Part shown: positions 27,889 to 36,094 of the stretch, piece after piece
Layout: every line of letters starts with the position of its first letter
Numbering within the stretch: position 1 is the first letter of the stretch
NCBI GenBank assembly: GCA_041660505.1
Contig: JBAZWG010000002.1
Location: forward strand, 868 to 64,867
Direction: 5' to 3'
DNA length: 64,000 bases
DNA from: Minisyncoccota bacterium
GTDB lineage: Bacteria; Patescibacteriota; Minisyncoccia; Phycocordibacterales; JACRKE01
The notes under the pieces: generated by a model
What the model saw: only the letters and a program-made list of their open reading frames with translations
Database searches by the model: none
What the model was told of the DNA's origin: nothing
Made by a program: the position numbers and the translations under genes

Positions 27889-28754
27889 GTGCGTTTTATA
27901 TTATTCGAGTCCTTTCGATCAACATAAACCCATTTAAGGGTATGCAGATTTACGGGACTCTTAAGATATATCGTTTCAAACGGAGCGTCCTCGGTCTTCT
28001 TGACCTGCTCAACCCTTGCGACAAGCGTGGGCTTTTCTGTAGGCAAAGTGGCCTCATCAAGCACGTTTATTTTTATATTCTTCGGTAAACTGGCAATGAA
28101 CGTGCCATCGCCGTCGCCTTGGATATTCACAGAAACATGCTCCTCCCCCAGAAATACTGAGGTTGTCACCTTGGCCGCCGAATAGAGTATTACTCTAGAG
28201 GATGATGTGTATACATCCGAGACAGAGCCGAGCACTATGTCTCCGAATGAATACACCTTGTCGCCACGAGAAATGCCGTCAGTACTGCCGACATCAATCA
28301 GCATAGACGCATAATATGAACGCTCCGGCGAAAGCAGAACAAGCGCCCCGATTGAATTTGCAGTCGGGGCACACAGAGTCCAGGGCGTGGTTGAAGAAAA
28401 AACCGTATCCTTTCTTCTTGATAATAAATTCTTGAGCTCATTATTCTCACTTGTCAGAACCGAAAGATACGATAGTCTCTCGCGAGAAAGTTCTATATCT
28501 GTTCTTAGCGCCTCATTTTCTGTCATGAGATTTTCTTTGCTTTTTAGGCCGACAGAAAGCGAGTCGACAGAGCGGACAATAAATTGCCCCGCATAAGTGA
28601 ACGGGCTTACTAAAAAAATTACAAACTGCGAAGCATAGGTTCGAGCCGGGGAAAAAATAAGGGCGAGGGCGAACGCAACGAGCGTAAACGTCCATGACTT
28701 ATACCAATGCGGCTGATTTCTATTCTGGAGGTAGGTCGTCTTCATCTTGGACAA
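27867..28754 (-). CDS. mreC: rod shape-determining protein MreC
   Basis: N-terminal TM, coiled-coil (ENEALRTDIELSRERLSYLSVLTSENNELKNLL), C-terminal beta-rich domain; operon position after mreB. Confidence 0.8.
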   Translation of the reverse strand: MSKMKTTYLQNRNQPHWYKSWTFTLVAFALALIFSPARTYASQFVIFLVSPFTYAGQFIVRSVDSLSVGLKSKENLMTENEALRTDIELSRERLSYLSVLTSENNELKNLLSRRKDTVFSSTTPWTLCAPTANSIGALVLLSPERSYYASMLIDVGSTDGISRGDKVYSFGDIVLGSVSDVYTSSSRVILYSAAKVTTSVFLGEEHVSVNIQGDGDGTFIASLPKNIKINVLDEATLPTEKPTLVARVEQVKKTEDAPFETIYLKSPVNLHTLKWVYVDRKDSNNIKRTCIPATR

Positions 28755-29784
28755 GTAAGTCTCTATAAAATTCGATGTCGTCTAAGATTATTCCGGTACC
28801 CCTTGCTACGGCCGTAAGCGGGTCATCGGAAATATATACTGGAATCTTCAAATCCTCCTCGAATACCTTGGTCAAGCCACGCAGAAGAGAGCCGCCGCCA
28901 GTGAGTAATATGCCTCTATGCATGATGTCCGAAATAATTTCTGGCGGAGTTAATTCCAACACTTCGCGTACGGCCGTCACCAGAAGACTGATTGATTGCC
29001 CGATTGCCTCGGTAATATCCTCGTTCGTCAGCATTATCTCGCGAGGGAGGCCAGTGACGAGGTCGCGACCCCGCACTATAGTTTCTAACGATTCGGATTT
29101 TGGATGGATAGAACCTATGGCAATCTTGACCTCCTCGGCGGTCTTCTCTCCGATGAGCATTTTGAACTCATCGCGCACATAGCCGACAATATCTTGATTA
29201 AGTTTGTCGCCCGCTATACGCAAGCTCTTGGCTTTTACGATGCCGCCGAGCGATATGACCGCTATGTCTGAGGTGCCGCCACCTATATCGATTATCATAT
29301 TACCTATCGGCTCGTAGACGGGCATACGGATACCGATAGCGGCGGCAATAGGTTCTTCTACTATATGCACTTCGCGCGCGCCGGCATTCTTAACAGCATC
29401 TCGTACGGCACGGCGTTCGACATTCGTAATACCGGACGGTACCCCCACGACCACTCGCGGACGGATTATCTTACGCGGAAACATTGCCTGTGTCTTTTTT
29501 ATGAAATAATGTATCATCTCCTCTGTTGCCTCGAAGTCGGAGATGACACCGTCAACCAGGGGCCTCACCGCAACGATGTGCTGGGGCGTGCGGCCGAGCA
29601 TCGAACGCGCATCACTGCCTATTGCCACAACCTGACCGGTCTTTTGGTTCAAGGCAACTACTGACGGCTCATTGATAATGATGCCGTTCCCACGAACAAA
29701 CACGAGCGTGTTGGCGGTACCCAGATCCATACCCACGTCGCTTGAGAATTTTGTGAGCAAACTTTCGAGAACTTTATTTTTCAT
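28720..29784 (-). CDS. mreB: rod shape-determining protein MreB
   Basis: DLGTANTLVF, EPIAAAIG and IDIGGGTSDIAVIS actin-fold motifs; 354 aa. Confidence 0.9.
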   Translation of the reverse strand: MKNKVLESLLTKFSSDVGMDLGTANTLVFVRGNGIIINEPSVVALNQKTGQVVAIGSDARSMLGRTPQHIVAVRPLVDGVISDFEATEEMIHYFIKKTQAMFPRKIIRPRVVVGVPSGITNVERRAVRDAVKNAGAREVHIVEEPIAAAIGIRMPVYEPIGNMIIDIGGGTSDIAVISLGGIVKAKSLRIAGDKLNQDIVGYVRDEFKMLIGEKTAEEVKIAIGSIHPKSESLETIVRGRDLVTGLPREIMLTNEDITEAIGQSISLLVTAVREVLELTPPEIISDIMHRGILLTGGGSLLRGLTKVFEEDLKIPVYISDDPLTAVARGTGIILDDIEFYRDLLVQDEDDLPPE

Positions 29785-31015
29785 ATCCGATTAGCTTGGC
29801 CATCAGTTCATCCTCGGTCAGTCCGATTGCGTCTGTATCCTTACGCGCTTTATATTCCAGCTTGCCAGAAGCCACAGTCTTCGCACTTATAATCACCCTA
29901 TGCTGGATACCTATCAAGTCGCTGTCGGCAAACTTCTCTCCGGCTGGTTTATCTCTATCGTCATACAAGACCTCTATTCCCTTCGCAGTCAATCTTTCAT
30001 ATAACTTATCAGCATCGGAACTGACATCGCCAAGAGATACTAAGTGTATTATAAAAGGCGACACAGCCTCCGGCCAGACAAGCCCTTTCTCATCCGCGAA
30101 GTATTCTACAATGACACCCATAAGTCGCGAGAGGCCGATACCATAACAACCCATGACGACCAACTCATCTTTACCTTCACTTGTTCTGTAGGTTAATTCA
30201 AACGGTGTCGTATATTTCGTCTTCAATTCGAAGATATTGCCAACCTCTACTGCCGACTTTACTATAAGATCTTTCGAACCGCATGATGGGCAAACACTCT
30301 GTTCCGCGATTATTTCTTTATTTATCGCAACATGGCACTTCTCACAAATAGAGATAGTATCCTCACCGGTCTCGAGCACCGTTTGGAACTCGTGAGAATA
30401 TTTAGAGAACGATCCGCCGGAGGCAAAGGTTATATAAGTATCTTTGCCGAGTCCTAATCTTTCATAAACCTTGGCATAAACACCCTTCATCTTTTCATAA
30501 TATTTAGCCAAATCGGCCTCGTCGGCATGGAAGGAGTACATGTCCTTCATAATGAACTCTTTACCGCGCAAGAGCCCTGACTTCGCGCGCAACTCGGCAC
30601 GGAATTTGTTCTGGAATTGATACACGGATTGAGGCAGGTCTTTATAAGAAGATATAAATCTCTTCAAGAGTGGGACAACAACCTCTTCATGGGTGGCGCC
30701 CAATACAAATTCTCTGTCTGACGCGTCTTTAAGCTTAAACAATGGATCGGGACCGGACCAACGGCCGGTTGTTTCCCAGTTCTCTTTAGGATGAAGGGCC
30801 GGCATATAGATTTCTTGCCCGTCGGCCTTATCCATCTCCTCGCGAATTATCTGCTCTATCCTATTCATTACTCGCAAACCAAGCGGTAAGAATGTGTATA
30901 CACCGGCGTGTAATTTATCAATAAAACCGGCACGGATAAGCAGGGTCGCGTTCTTAGACACCTCATCCTTTGGTGCCGTTTTGCTTGTTTTAGTGAAGAG
31001 TTGTGATTGTCGCAT
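29774..31015 (-). CDS. proS: prolyl-tRNA synthetase, bacterial-type but lacking the INS editing domain
   Basis: N-terminus MRQSQLFTKTSKTAPKDEVSKNATLLIRAGFI... collinear with bacterial ProRS. Class II motifs present (FRAELRAKSGLLRGKEF, GCYGIGLSRL). Only 413 aa versus ~570 for editing-competent bacterial ProRS. Confidence 0.9.
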   Translation of the reverse strand: MRQSQLFTKTSKTAPKDEVSKNATLLIRAGFIDKLHAGVYTFLPLGLRVMNRIEQIIREEMDKADGQEIYMPALHPKENWETTGRWSGPDPLFKLKDASDREFVLGATHEEVVVPLLKRFISSYKDLPQSVYQFQNKFRAELRAKSGLLRGKEFIMKDMYSFHADEADLAKYYEKMKGVYAKVYERLGLGKDTYITFASGGSFSKYSHEFQTVLETGEDTISICEKCHVAINKEIIAEQSVCPSCGSKDLIVKSAVEVGNIFELKTKYTTPFELTYRTSEGKDELVVMGCYGIGLSRLMGVIVEYFADEKGLVWPEAVSPFIIHLVSLGDVSSDADKLYERLTAKGIEVLYDDRDKPAGEKFADSDLIGIQHRVIISAKTVASGKLEYKARKDTDAIGLTEDELMAKLIGYEK

Positions 31016-31036
31016 GATATTTATGATACTACGCTA

Positions 31037-31894
31037 TTAAGACTTTTTGTCAAAAAATTTGTTATCTCTTTTATTCTTAAGGTCAAGGTAATTTGATCTT
31101 GTTGAGACCTTTTGTCCAGTCTTGGCTTCGACAGCTCGACGAGCGACACCCGCAACCGAACCACCTTCTTTTGCATCTTTTTGTAGGGCTGGCAGTTCGC
31201 GAGAATCTTTGTTGCGAGAAATTTGAGTTGTTGTTGCTTCACCAAGCATCGTTAAAATAAGCTCGAGCTCGTTCATGTGGTCGCGTGGATTGTCTGGACT
31301 GTTCAAGCTCTTAAACTCTTTAATTTCTTTTGCTGTCATTTCGAATGCGCCCTGATATATCTCGTTAGTCAATATCGCAAAGTCAATCCCCTCCCTTGCA
31401 CCACGATCTTTCCACTCATCTGTTAGCGTATTCCGGATATTAATACCACGCATTCGTTTGGCGACCCAATCTTCTGAATAGCCTTTCCTGTCGTATATCT
31501 GTTTTGCTCTAACTATTGCCCGTTCCGGGTCTTGGATTTCCTCTATGCGCTCCTGACCGACCTTTGCAAGCCAGAGCTTGAAAGGCTCGGCTTTTGGGGA
31601 CGGTATGGATTGGATTATTCTAAACATACCCTGAAGATTTGTGCTGTCTGTCTCATATAACTTACCGTCTGCTGATGGTAATTTCAGTTGTACGATTTTT
31701 TCGTACAACTCGGAATATCCTTCTGAAATAAGCTTAATTTTAAGATCGCTCCAATATCGCCTCGGGTTTTGGCTCTCTGAAAGAATGCCTACGATATCAA
31801 TTATAGAGAAATACCACTGCTCATTATGCCATGTTCTGCGAACTTCCTTCTCTTCGAAAACAGCTGATTGTTTTACTTTTATGTCTTTTTTCAT
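31037..31894 (-). CDS. DinD-like protein (N-terminal Bro-N domain; DNA-damage-inducible protein D family), paralog 1
   Basis: Bro-N-like N-terminus (FEEKEVRRTWHNEQWYFSIIDIVGIL). The rest is collinear with E. coli DinD (LTDEW..GAREGIDFAILTNEIY..., ELELILTMLGE). Paralog of 59828..60586. Confidence 0.65.
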   Translation of the reverse strand: MKKDIKVKQSAVFEEKEVRRTWHNEQWYFSIIDIVGILSESQNPRRYWSDLKIKLISEGYSELYEKIVQLKLPSADGKLYETDSTNLQGMFRIIQSIPSPKAEPFKLWLAKVGQERIEEIQDPERAIVRAKQIYDRKGYSEDWVAKRMRGINIRNTLTDEWKDRGAREGIDFAILTNEIYQGAFEMTAKEIKEFKSLNSPDNPRDHMNELELILTMLGEATTTQISRNKDSRELPALQKDAKEGGSVAGVARRAVEAKTGQKVSTRSNYLDLKNKRDNKFFDKKS

Positions 31895-31900
31895 GCGATT

Positions 31901-32992
31901 TTAGAATAGCTTTACAATGTCGTGTACGGTTACGATTGCCATCAGTATTATGAGGATTGCGAAGCCTGCGGAATGGACCTTTTGAGTGAATTCCGGTTTT
32001 ATCGGCGAACCTTTAATTTTCTCTATTATAATGAATAGTATTCGGCCACCGTCCAAGGCCGGAATAGGTAGAATATTAAGAACTGCCAGATTAATGGAGA
32101 GCAACGCCATGAATGCCAGTATATAAGAGAAGCCAATGCCCGAGGCCATGCCGACCATCTTGAATATCCCAACCGGCCCACTGACCTGTCCGACCGTTGA
32201 TTCTTTTGCGAATATTCCTGTGGCGAAATAGTACAAACCTGTTATTGTTTCTTGCGCCAAGCGAACTGTCATGAGACCGCTCTCTCTTATCGCCGACATT
32301 GGAGGCAGATACGCCTCACCCATAATGGCAAAAGCGATACCTATTTTATATGTCTTGCCGTCTTCGGATTGCGGGGTAACAGTTACGAGTTCCGGCGCGG
32401 ATTTACCTGCGTGTTTGATATTGAGAATTATCGGCTTGCCGACGCTTTTCGCCACCAAATCGGAAATATCAACAGACCCGAGTACCGTATCTCCGCTCGA
32501 CAATCCGGCACGCGATGCCGGCGAATCATTTGCTACATAGTCTATTATTATCTGTCTATTGCGCAAATATTCCGGATTTATCGTACCTTCTACGGGTAAG
32601 AGAAGGCCTGTCTGGAGGCTTACGAATAACAAAAGCAACGCGAGCAATATATTCCCGATTACGCCAGCCGCGAGAATGATTATTTTTTTGTATGTCTGCT
32701 GGGTGCTGAAGCTGCGTGTTGAAAATTCGGAGGTCGGACCTCCGAAAGTCGTCGGAGGTCCGACCTCCGAATTTTCACCTTCTTCTCCCAATATTCTGAC
32801 GAATCCGCCGAGAGGCAACCAATTCAGCGAATAAAATGTTTCGCCGTATTGTTTGCCGAAAATTTTTGGCGGGAAGCCGAGCCCAAACTCATCGACTTGC
32901 ACACCGAAGAGCTTCGCGGCAATGAAGTGGCCGAACTCATGAGAAATAATAAGCGTCACGAGGACGATAATGAAGAGTATGGCTGTAAACAT
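31901..32992 (-). CDS. rseP: RIP zinc metalloprotease RseP (site-2 protease, M50 family)
   Basis: HEFGHF zinc motif in TM1, PDZ region, LPIPALDGG motif. It carries an in-frame palindromic repeat insertion (see repeat feature 32722..32775). Confidence 0.85.
   Translation of the reverse strand: MFTAILFIIVLVTLIISHEFGHFIAAKLFGVQVDEFGLGFPPKIFGKQYGETFYSLNWLPLGGFVRILGEEGENSEVGPPTTFGGPTSEFSTRSFSTQQTYKKIIILAAGVIGNILLALLLLFVSLQTGLLLPVEGTINPEYLRNRQIIIDYVANDSPASRAGLSSGDTVLGSVDISDLVAKSVGKPIILNIKHAGKSAPELVTVTPQSEDGKTYKIGIAFAIMGEAYLPPMSAIRESGLMTVRLAQETITGLYYFATGIFAKESTVGQVSGPVGIFKMVGMASGIGFSYILAFMALLSINLAVLNILPIPALDGGRILFIIIEKIKGSPIKPEFTQKVHSAGFAILIILMAIVTVHDIVKLF
32722..32775. repeat. tandem pair of 21-bp perfect palindromes flanked by AAAA/TTTT, lying in frame inside rseP
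   Basis: ttcggaggtc-g-gacctccgaa at 32726-32746 and gtcggaggtc-c-gacctccgaa at 32751-32771. Together they form a ~56-bp super-palindrome. They encode ...ENSEVGPPTTFGGPTSEFS... in a loop that is ~13 aa longer than in E. coli RseP. Confidence 0.7.
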
Positions 32993-32995
32993 GTT

Positions 32996-33547
32996 TTATA
33001 ACTCGATCTCCTTGCGTTTGCGTTCGTGGAGCTGTTCCAATTTGGCAACTGTGTCGTCTACCATTTTCTGCAGTTCGTCTTTATATCTGAACTTTTCATC
33101 TTCTGTGACTGTGCCTTCTTTTTCTTGCTTTTGAATATCATTCCAGATTTTCTCGCGCTCGGCGCGCAGAGAAATCTTAGCTTCCTCGAGTTTCTCCCCC
33201 GCCAGCTTCATAAGCAATTTCCGGCGATCTACCGTGAGCTCGGGGAAAATAACTCTGATAGACTTGTTGTCAGGGCTGGTTGAGACGCCGAGATTAGCGG
33301 AAGCAATACCGGTCTCGATAGCCTTCACGAGCGACGCATCCCAGGGTGTAATGCGTAAAGTCTTGGGATCCTCAACGGCAATAGCCGCCACGTTCGATAC
33401 CGGCATTTTGGAGCCATAAGAGTCTACCAGCACACTATCCAAGAGCGCCGGCGTCGCCCTACCCGTGCGGATAGAGCCGTGCTCGTTCACAAGCCAGTCT
33501 TCTACCCCCTTTGCCCCTATTTTAAAACCCGCAAAATTATAAGCCAT
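32996..33547 (-). CDS. frr: ribosome recycling factor
   Basis: 183 aa; typical RRF three-helix bundle plus beta domain (KMPVSNVAAIAVEDPKTLRITPWD...). Confidence 0.9.
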   Translation of the reverse strand: MAYNFAGFKIGAKGVEDWLVNEHGSIRTGRATPALLDSVLVDSYGSKMPVSNVAAIAVEDPKTLRITPWDASLVKAIETGIASANLGVSTSPDNKSIRVIFPELTVDRRKLLMKLAGEKLEEAKISLRAEREKIWNDIQKQEKEGTVTEDEKFRYKDELQKMVDDTVAKLEQLHERKRKEIEL

Positions 33548-33592
33548 AATTTAAGTTGAAAGTTATAAAGTTACAAAGTTGAAAGTAATACG

Positions 33593-33603
33593 ATTATATC
33601 ACA
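33593..33603 (-). promoter_or_regulatory. extended -10 promoter TGTGATATAAT for frr, overlapping the holB stop
   Basis: Minus-strand TGtGATATAAT is the same 11-mer as upstream of the 13581 gene. It is followed by a ~40-nt leader rich in CTTTCAACTT repeats. Confidence 0.4.
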
Positions 33604-34255
33604 CAGCTTGCCCGCCGACGAGGCGGGGCAGATGTAAGGCCAAACTCTCAAGAATAAGTTTAATGGCCGGCGCCGTGTCGTGTATATATTGCTTGCTCTT
33701 TTCGAGCAGTTCGAAGGCTGTTTTGTCTTTTTTCGCCAGTTCCGGGTTCTTTGCATAATATATTTCTAAAGCAGACAATATTGCACCGGCATCGTATTTA
33801 GTCCGCGCGTGCACTTCATCACTCTCATCGCGCACGTCAAAGAATGTCTTTTCTAGATATTTCAACCGTTCGATCGGCGTTTTCCTCAGAAACTTTTCTG
33901 CGTCGAAAACTTCTTCACTTGGAAGCTTAGCTTCCAAGTCTTCTAAAATATGTAATCTTGAGCGGAGGGTTGGTAATAAGTCATCCGGATACGGCGTAAT
34001 GATAACAAACTTAGTTCCGGGCATTGGCTCTTCTAGTGTCTTGAGTAGAGCATTCTGCGCCTCTCGTCCGAAGCCGTACGCGCCGATACTGAATGTCTGT
34101 ACATCCCCGTCTGCCACTGCCAAGCTTGCCCTGCGGTGCAATTCATGTGCGTCGGCGATATCAAATGTTACGTAAACTTCATCAGCAGAGACGGGCTCGC
34201 CTTGTATCAAGAATGCATGGTGAGTTGAAAGTTGAAAGTTGAAAGGGGTTCGCAT
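33599..34255 (-). CDS. holB: DNA polymerase III delta' subunit-like (AAA+ clamp-loader subunit without a P-loop)
   Basis: HHAFLIQGE (degenerate Walker A region, as in delta') and ALLKTLEEPMPGTKFVIITPYPDDLLPTLRSRLHI (sensor-1 / SRC-like motif). 218 aa. Codons 5-11 (FNFQLST) are encoded by an (AGTTGAA)3 heptamer repeat. Confidence 0.65.
   Translation of the reverse strand: MRTPFNFQLSTHHAFLIQGEPVSADEVYVTFDIADAHELHRRASLAVADGDVQTFSIGAYGFGREAQNALLKTLEEPMPGTKFVIITPYPDDLLPTLRSRLHILEDLEAKLPSEEVFDAEKFLRKTPIERLKYLEKTFFDVRDESDEVHARTKYDAGAILSALEIYYAKNPELAKKDKTAFELLEKSKQYIHDTAPAIKLILESLALHLPRLVGGQAV
34222..34244. repeat. (AGTTGAA)3 tandem heptamer repeat immediately downstream of the holB start codon
   Basis: gagttgaaagttgaaagttgaaagg. 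It is related to (AGTTGGG)4 at the fmt 5' end and to AAGTTGAAAG motifs at 33551-33590 and 48301-48360. Confidence 0.7.
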
Positions 34256-34260
34256 TTTAC

Positions 34261-34289
34261 TTTATACTTTAAAACTTTGTAACTTTCAA
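34261..34289 (-). promoter_or_regulatory. sigma70-type promoter for holB (TTGAAA-17-TATAAA); TSS predicted at or next to the ATG (leaderless)
   Basis: Minus strand: TTGAAA, then a 17-nt spacer, then TATAAAGT ending 6 nt before ATG 34255. Built from AAAGTTN heptad repeats. Confidence 0.5.
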
Positions 34290-34293
34290 CTAT

Positions 34294-35319
34294 TTATCGC
34301 TTGCTTATAATACTGCGTTTATATGTATCAAGATGCTCGAGGGCGACACCAGTGCCTTTAGCCACACAAAAGAGTGCTTCGTCGGCAAGCTGAGCTTTGA
34401 CCCCCGTCTTGCGATAGACCAATTCCGGCAGATTGCGAAGCTGGGAGCTCCCGCCGGTCATGATTATGCCTTTATCAATAATATCAGAGGCGAGCTCCGG
34501 CGGTGTCTCTTGCAAAACATCTTTAATCGCCTTGACCATCTGACGAAGCTCGTTGTCAATCGCCTTCACAATCTCATTCGTCGCCATCTCGGCACTGCGC
34601 GGGAGACCGGTCAAGAAATCTCGACCCTTAATAATAGTGCGCAATTCGCTCTCCATCGGTACTGCAGAACCGATCTTCACCTTAATTTCTTCTGCGGTCT
34701 TGTCGCCTATCGCCAGATTAAACGTGCGTTTGATATATTCCGTAATAGCGACATCCATTTTATTACCGGCACACTTGACGGATGTAGAGGCCACGATACT
34801 GCCAAGGGATATCACCGCTACGTCTGTCGTACCGCCGCCGATGTCGACGACCATGTACCCGCATGGCTCATGAATCGGGATGCCGGCGCCAATCGCCGCG
34901 AGTATCGGCTCCTTGACCACGTAAGCACTGCGCGCACCAGCCTTGATGGCTGCCTCGATGACAGCCCGGCGCTCGGTCGAGGTAATACCGGCAGGTACGG
35001 ATATCATAACGTCGGGCTTAAAAAAGTTCCACTTGCCAAGAGCCTTCTGGATATAATACCGTAACATCGCCTCGGTCACGCGATAGTCGGCGATGACGCC
35101 GTCCTGCATCGGTTTGTAGACAAGTATACCGTCCGGCGCCTTGCCCACCATCTCTTTGGCCGCCGCGCCGACGGCCAAGACTTTATTATCTATCTCCGAA
35201 ACAGCCACAACTGAAGGCTCGTTTAGAACAATCCCCCGCCCAGGTACGAAGACGAGCGTGTTGGCGGTACCCAGATCAATACCAAGCTTGCGAGTAAATC
35301 GAGGGAATTCAAACTTCAT
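34294..35319 (-). CDS. mreB: MreB/Mbl actin-like protein, second paralog
   Basis: Start set at MKFEFPRFTRKLGIDLGTANTLVFV (ATG 35319). TGcTATAGT sits 6 nt upstream on the minus strand. Full MreB motif set. The ORF-track N-terminal extension runs into the RAYT element and is rejected. Confidence 0.85.
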   Translation of the reverse strand: MKFEFPRFTRKLGIDLGTANTLVFVPGRGIVLNEPSVVAVSEIDNKVLAVGAAAKEMVGKAPDGILVYKPMQDGVIADYRVTEAMLRYYIQKALGKWNFFKPDVMISVPAGITSTERRAVIEAAIKAGARSAYVVKEPILAAIGAGIPIHEPCGYMVVDIGGGTTDVAVISLGSIVASTSVKCAGNKMDVAITEYIKRTFNLAIGDKTAEEIKVKIGSAVPMESELRTIIKGRDFLTGLPRSAEMATNEIVKAIDNELRQMVKAIKDVLQETPPELASDIIDKGIIMTGGSSQLRNLPELVYRKTGVKAQLADEALFCVAKGTGVALEHLDTYKRSIISKR

Positions 35320-35381
35320 TACCCTACTATAGCAAACACTTTTTACTGTCCAAAGCTTAGCTTTGATAATTTCGATATGTG

Positions 35382-35390
35382 TGGTATAAT
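35382..35390 (+). promoter_or_regulatory. extended -10 TGgTATAAT, 6 nt upstream of the RAYT ATG (leaderless)
   Basis: gtggtataat-ttaaca-ATG. Confidence 0.45.
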
Positions 35391-35396
35391 TTAACA

Positions 35397-36077
35397 ATGC
35401 GAATTATTGAATTTTGTGCGAATGAATATTACCACGTCTTTAACAGAGGCAATAATAAACAAGTAATCTTTCGCGATGATAGCGACCGTTTCCGATTCCT
35501 GTTCGCACTGCTTTTTTTTCAGGCTCCAATCAGCTATGACCAGATTGGCAGATATATAGTGTTTTTAAAAAGGCACAGGACGGACATTAGCCAGAATGAT
35601 TCATTAAAGGATTTAGCGGAGCACGTACTGGGCAAACGCTCTATAGAATTAATCAATTTTTGTCTTATGCCAAACCATTTCCACCTTGCCGTTAAGCCAA
35701 TGAAGGATAATGCAGTGTCGCTATATTTACATAAAGTATTAACTTCGTATACAAAATATTGGAATAAAAAATATAAGGCGACGGGACACCTGTTCGAAGG
35801 ATCATTCAAAGCTGTCCGTGTTGCTGATAATGACCAGTTTTTATATCTATCGACCTATATACACAGAAACCCCGCTGAATTATCGACGTGGATTGGTCGC
35901 GAGCATGAATATCCGTGGTCGAGTCTGCAAGACTACCTTGGTGTTAATCGTTGGGGAAAACTGCTTGCGACCGAAAATATTTTAGAGCAATTTGACTCGA
36001 TTGAGGAATATCGGGCTTATGTTAACGATAGCACAGCAAAAACCGGCGATGACGACATCGAGTTTGTCCAAAGCTAA
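35397..36077 (+). CDS. REP-associated tyrosine transposase (RAYT), HUH/Y1 family
   Basis: YHVFNRGNN...IF.DD.DR.RFL.LL, HUH motif LMPNHFHL, GHLFEGSFK, catalytic-Tyr region YIHRNPAELS, and the C-terminal YPWSS motif. Start at ATG 35397 (ORF-track GTG 35379 rejected). Confidence 0.7.
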   Translation: MRIIEFCANEYYHVFNRGNNKQVIFRDDSDRFRFLFALLFFQAPISYDQIGRYIVFLKRHRTDISQNDSLKDLAEHVLGKRSIELINFCLMPNHFHLAVKPMKDNAVSLYLHKVLTSYTKYWNKKYKATGHLFEGSFKAVRVADNDQFLYLSTYIHRNPAELSTWIGREHEYPWSSLQDYLGVNRWGKLLATENILEQFDSIEEYRAYVNDSTAKTGDDDIEFVQS

Positions 36078-36094
36078 GCTTTGGACATTGGACC

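Larger units (their letters stand above)
35348..36086 (+). mobile_element. REP-associated tyrosine transposase (RAYT / IS200-like HUH Y1) unit flanked by matching hairpins
   Basis: Left hairpin gtc-caaagc-tta-gctttg at 35348-35365. Right hairpin gtccaaagc-taa-gctttggac at 36066-36086, a 9-bp stem whose loop TAA is the stop codon of the transposase. ACCCTACT occurs just outside both ends (35322-35329 and 36092-36099). Confidence 0.65.

Noticed and set aside
34207-34293. Considered whether the short tandem and heptamer repeats (here, 48301-48360, 49911-50529) represent a CRISPR array
   Set aside because: Repeat units are 7 bp, or single palindromes, not 24-48-bp direct repeats separated by unique spacers. 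No cas genes in the window. They lie inside coding sequences and promoters.
34333-35064. 243-aa plus-strand ORF antisense to the second mreB
   Set aside because: It lies wholly inside a well-supported MreB gene on the other strand. A high-GC3 antisense frame without stops is expected there.
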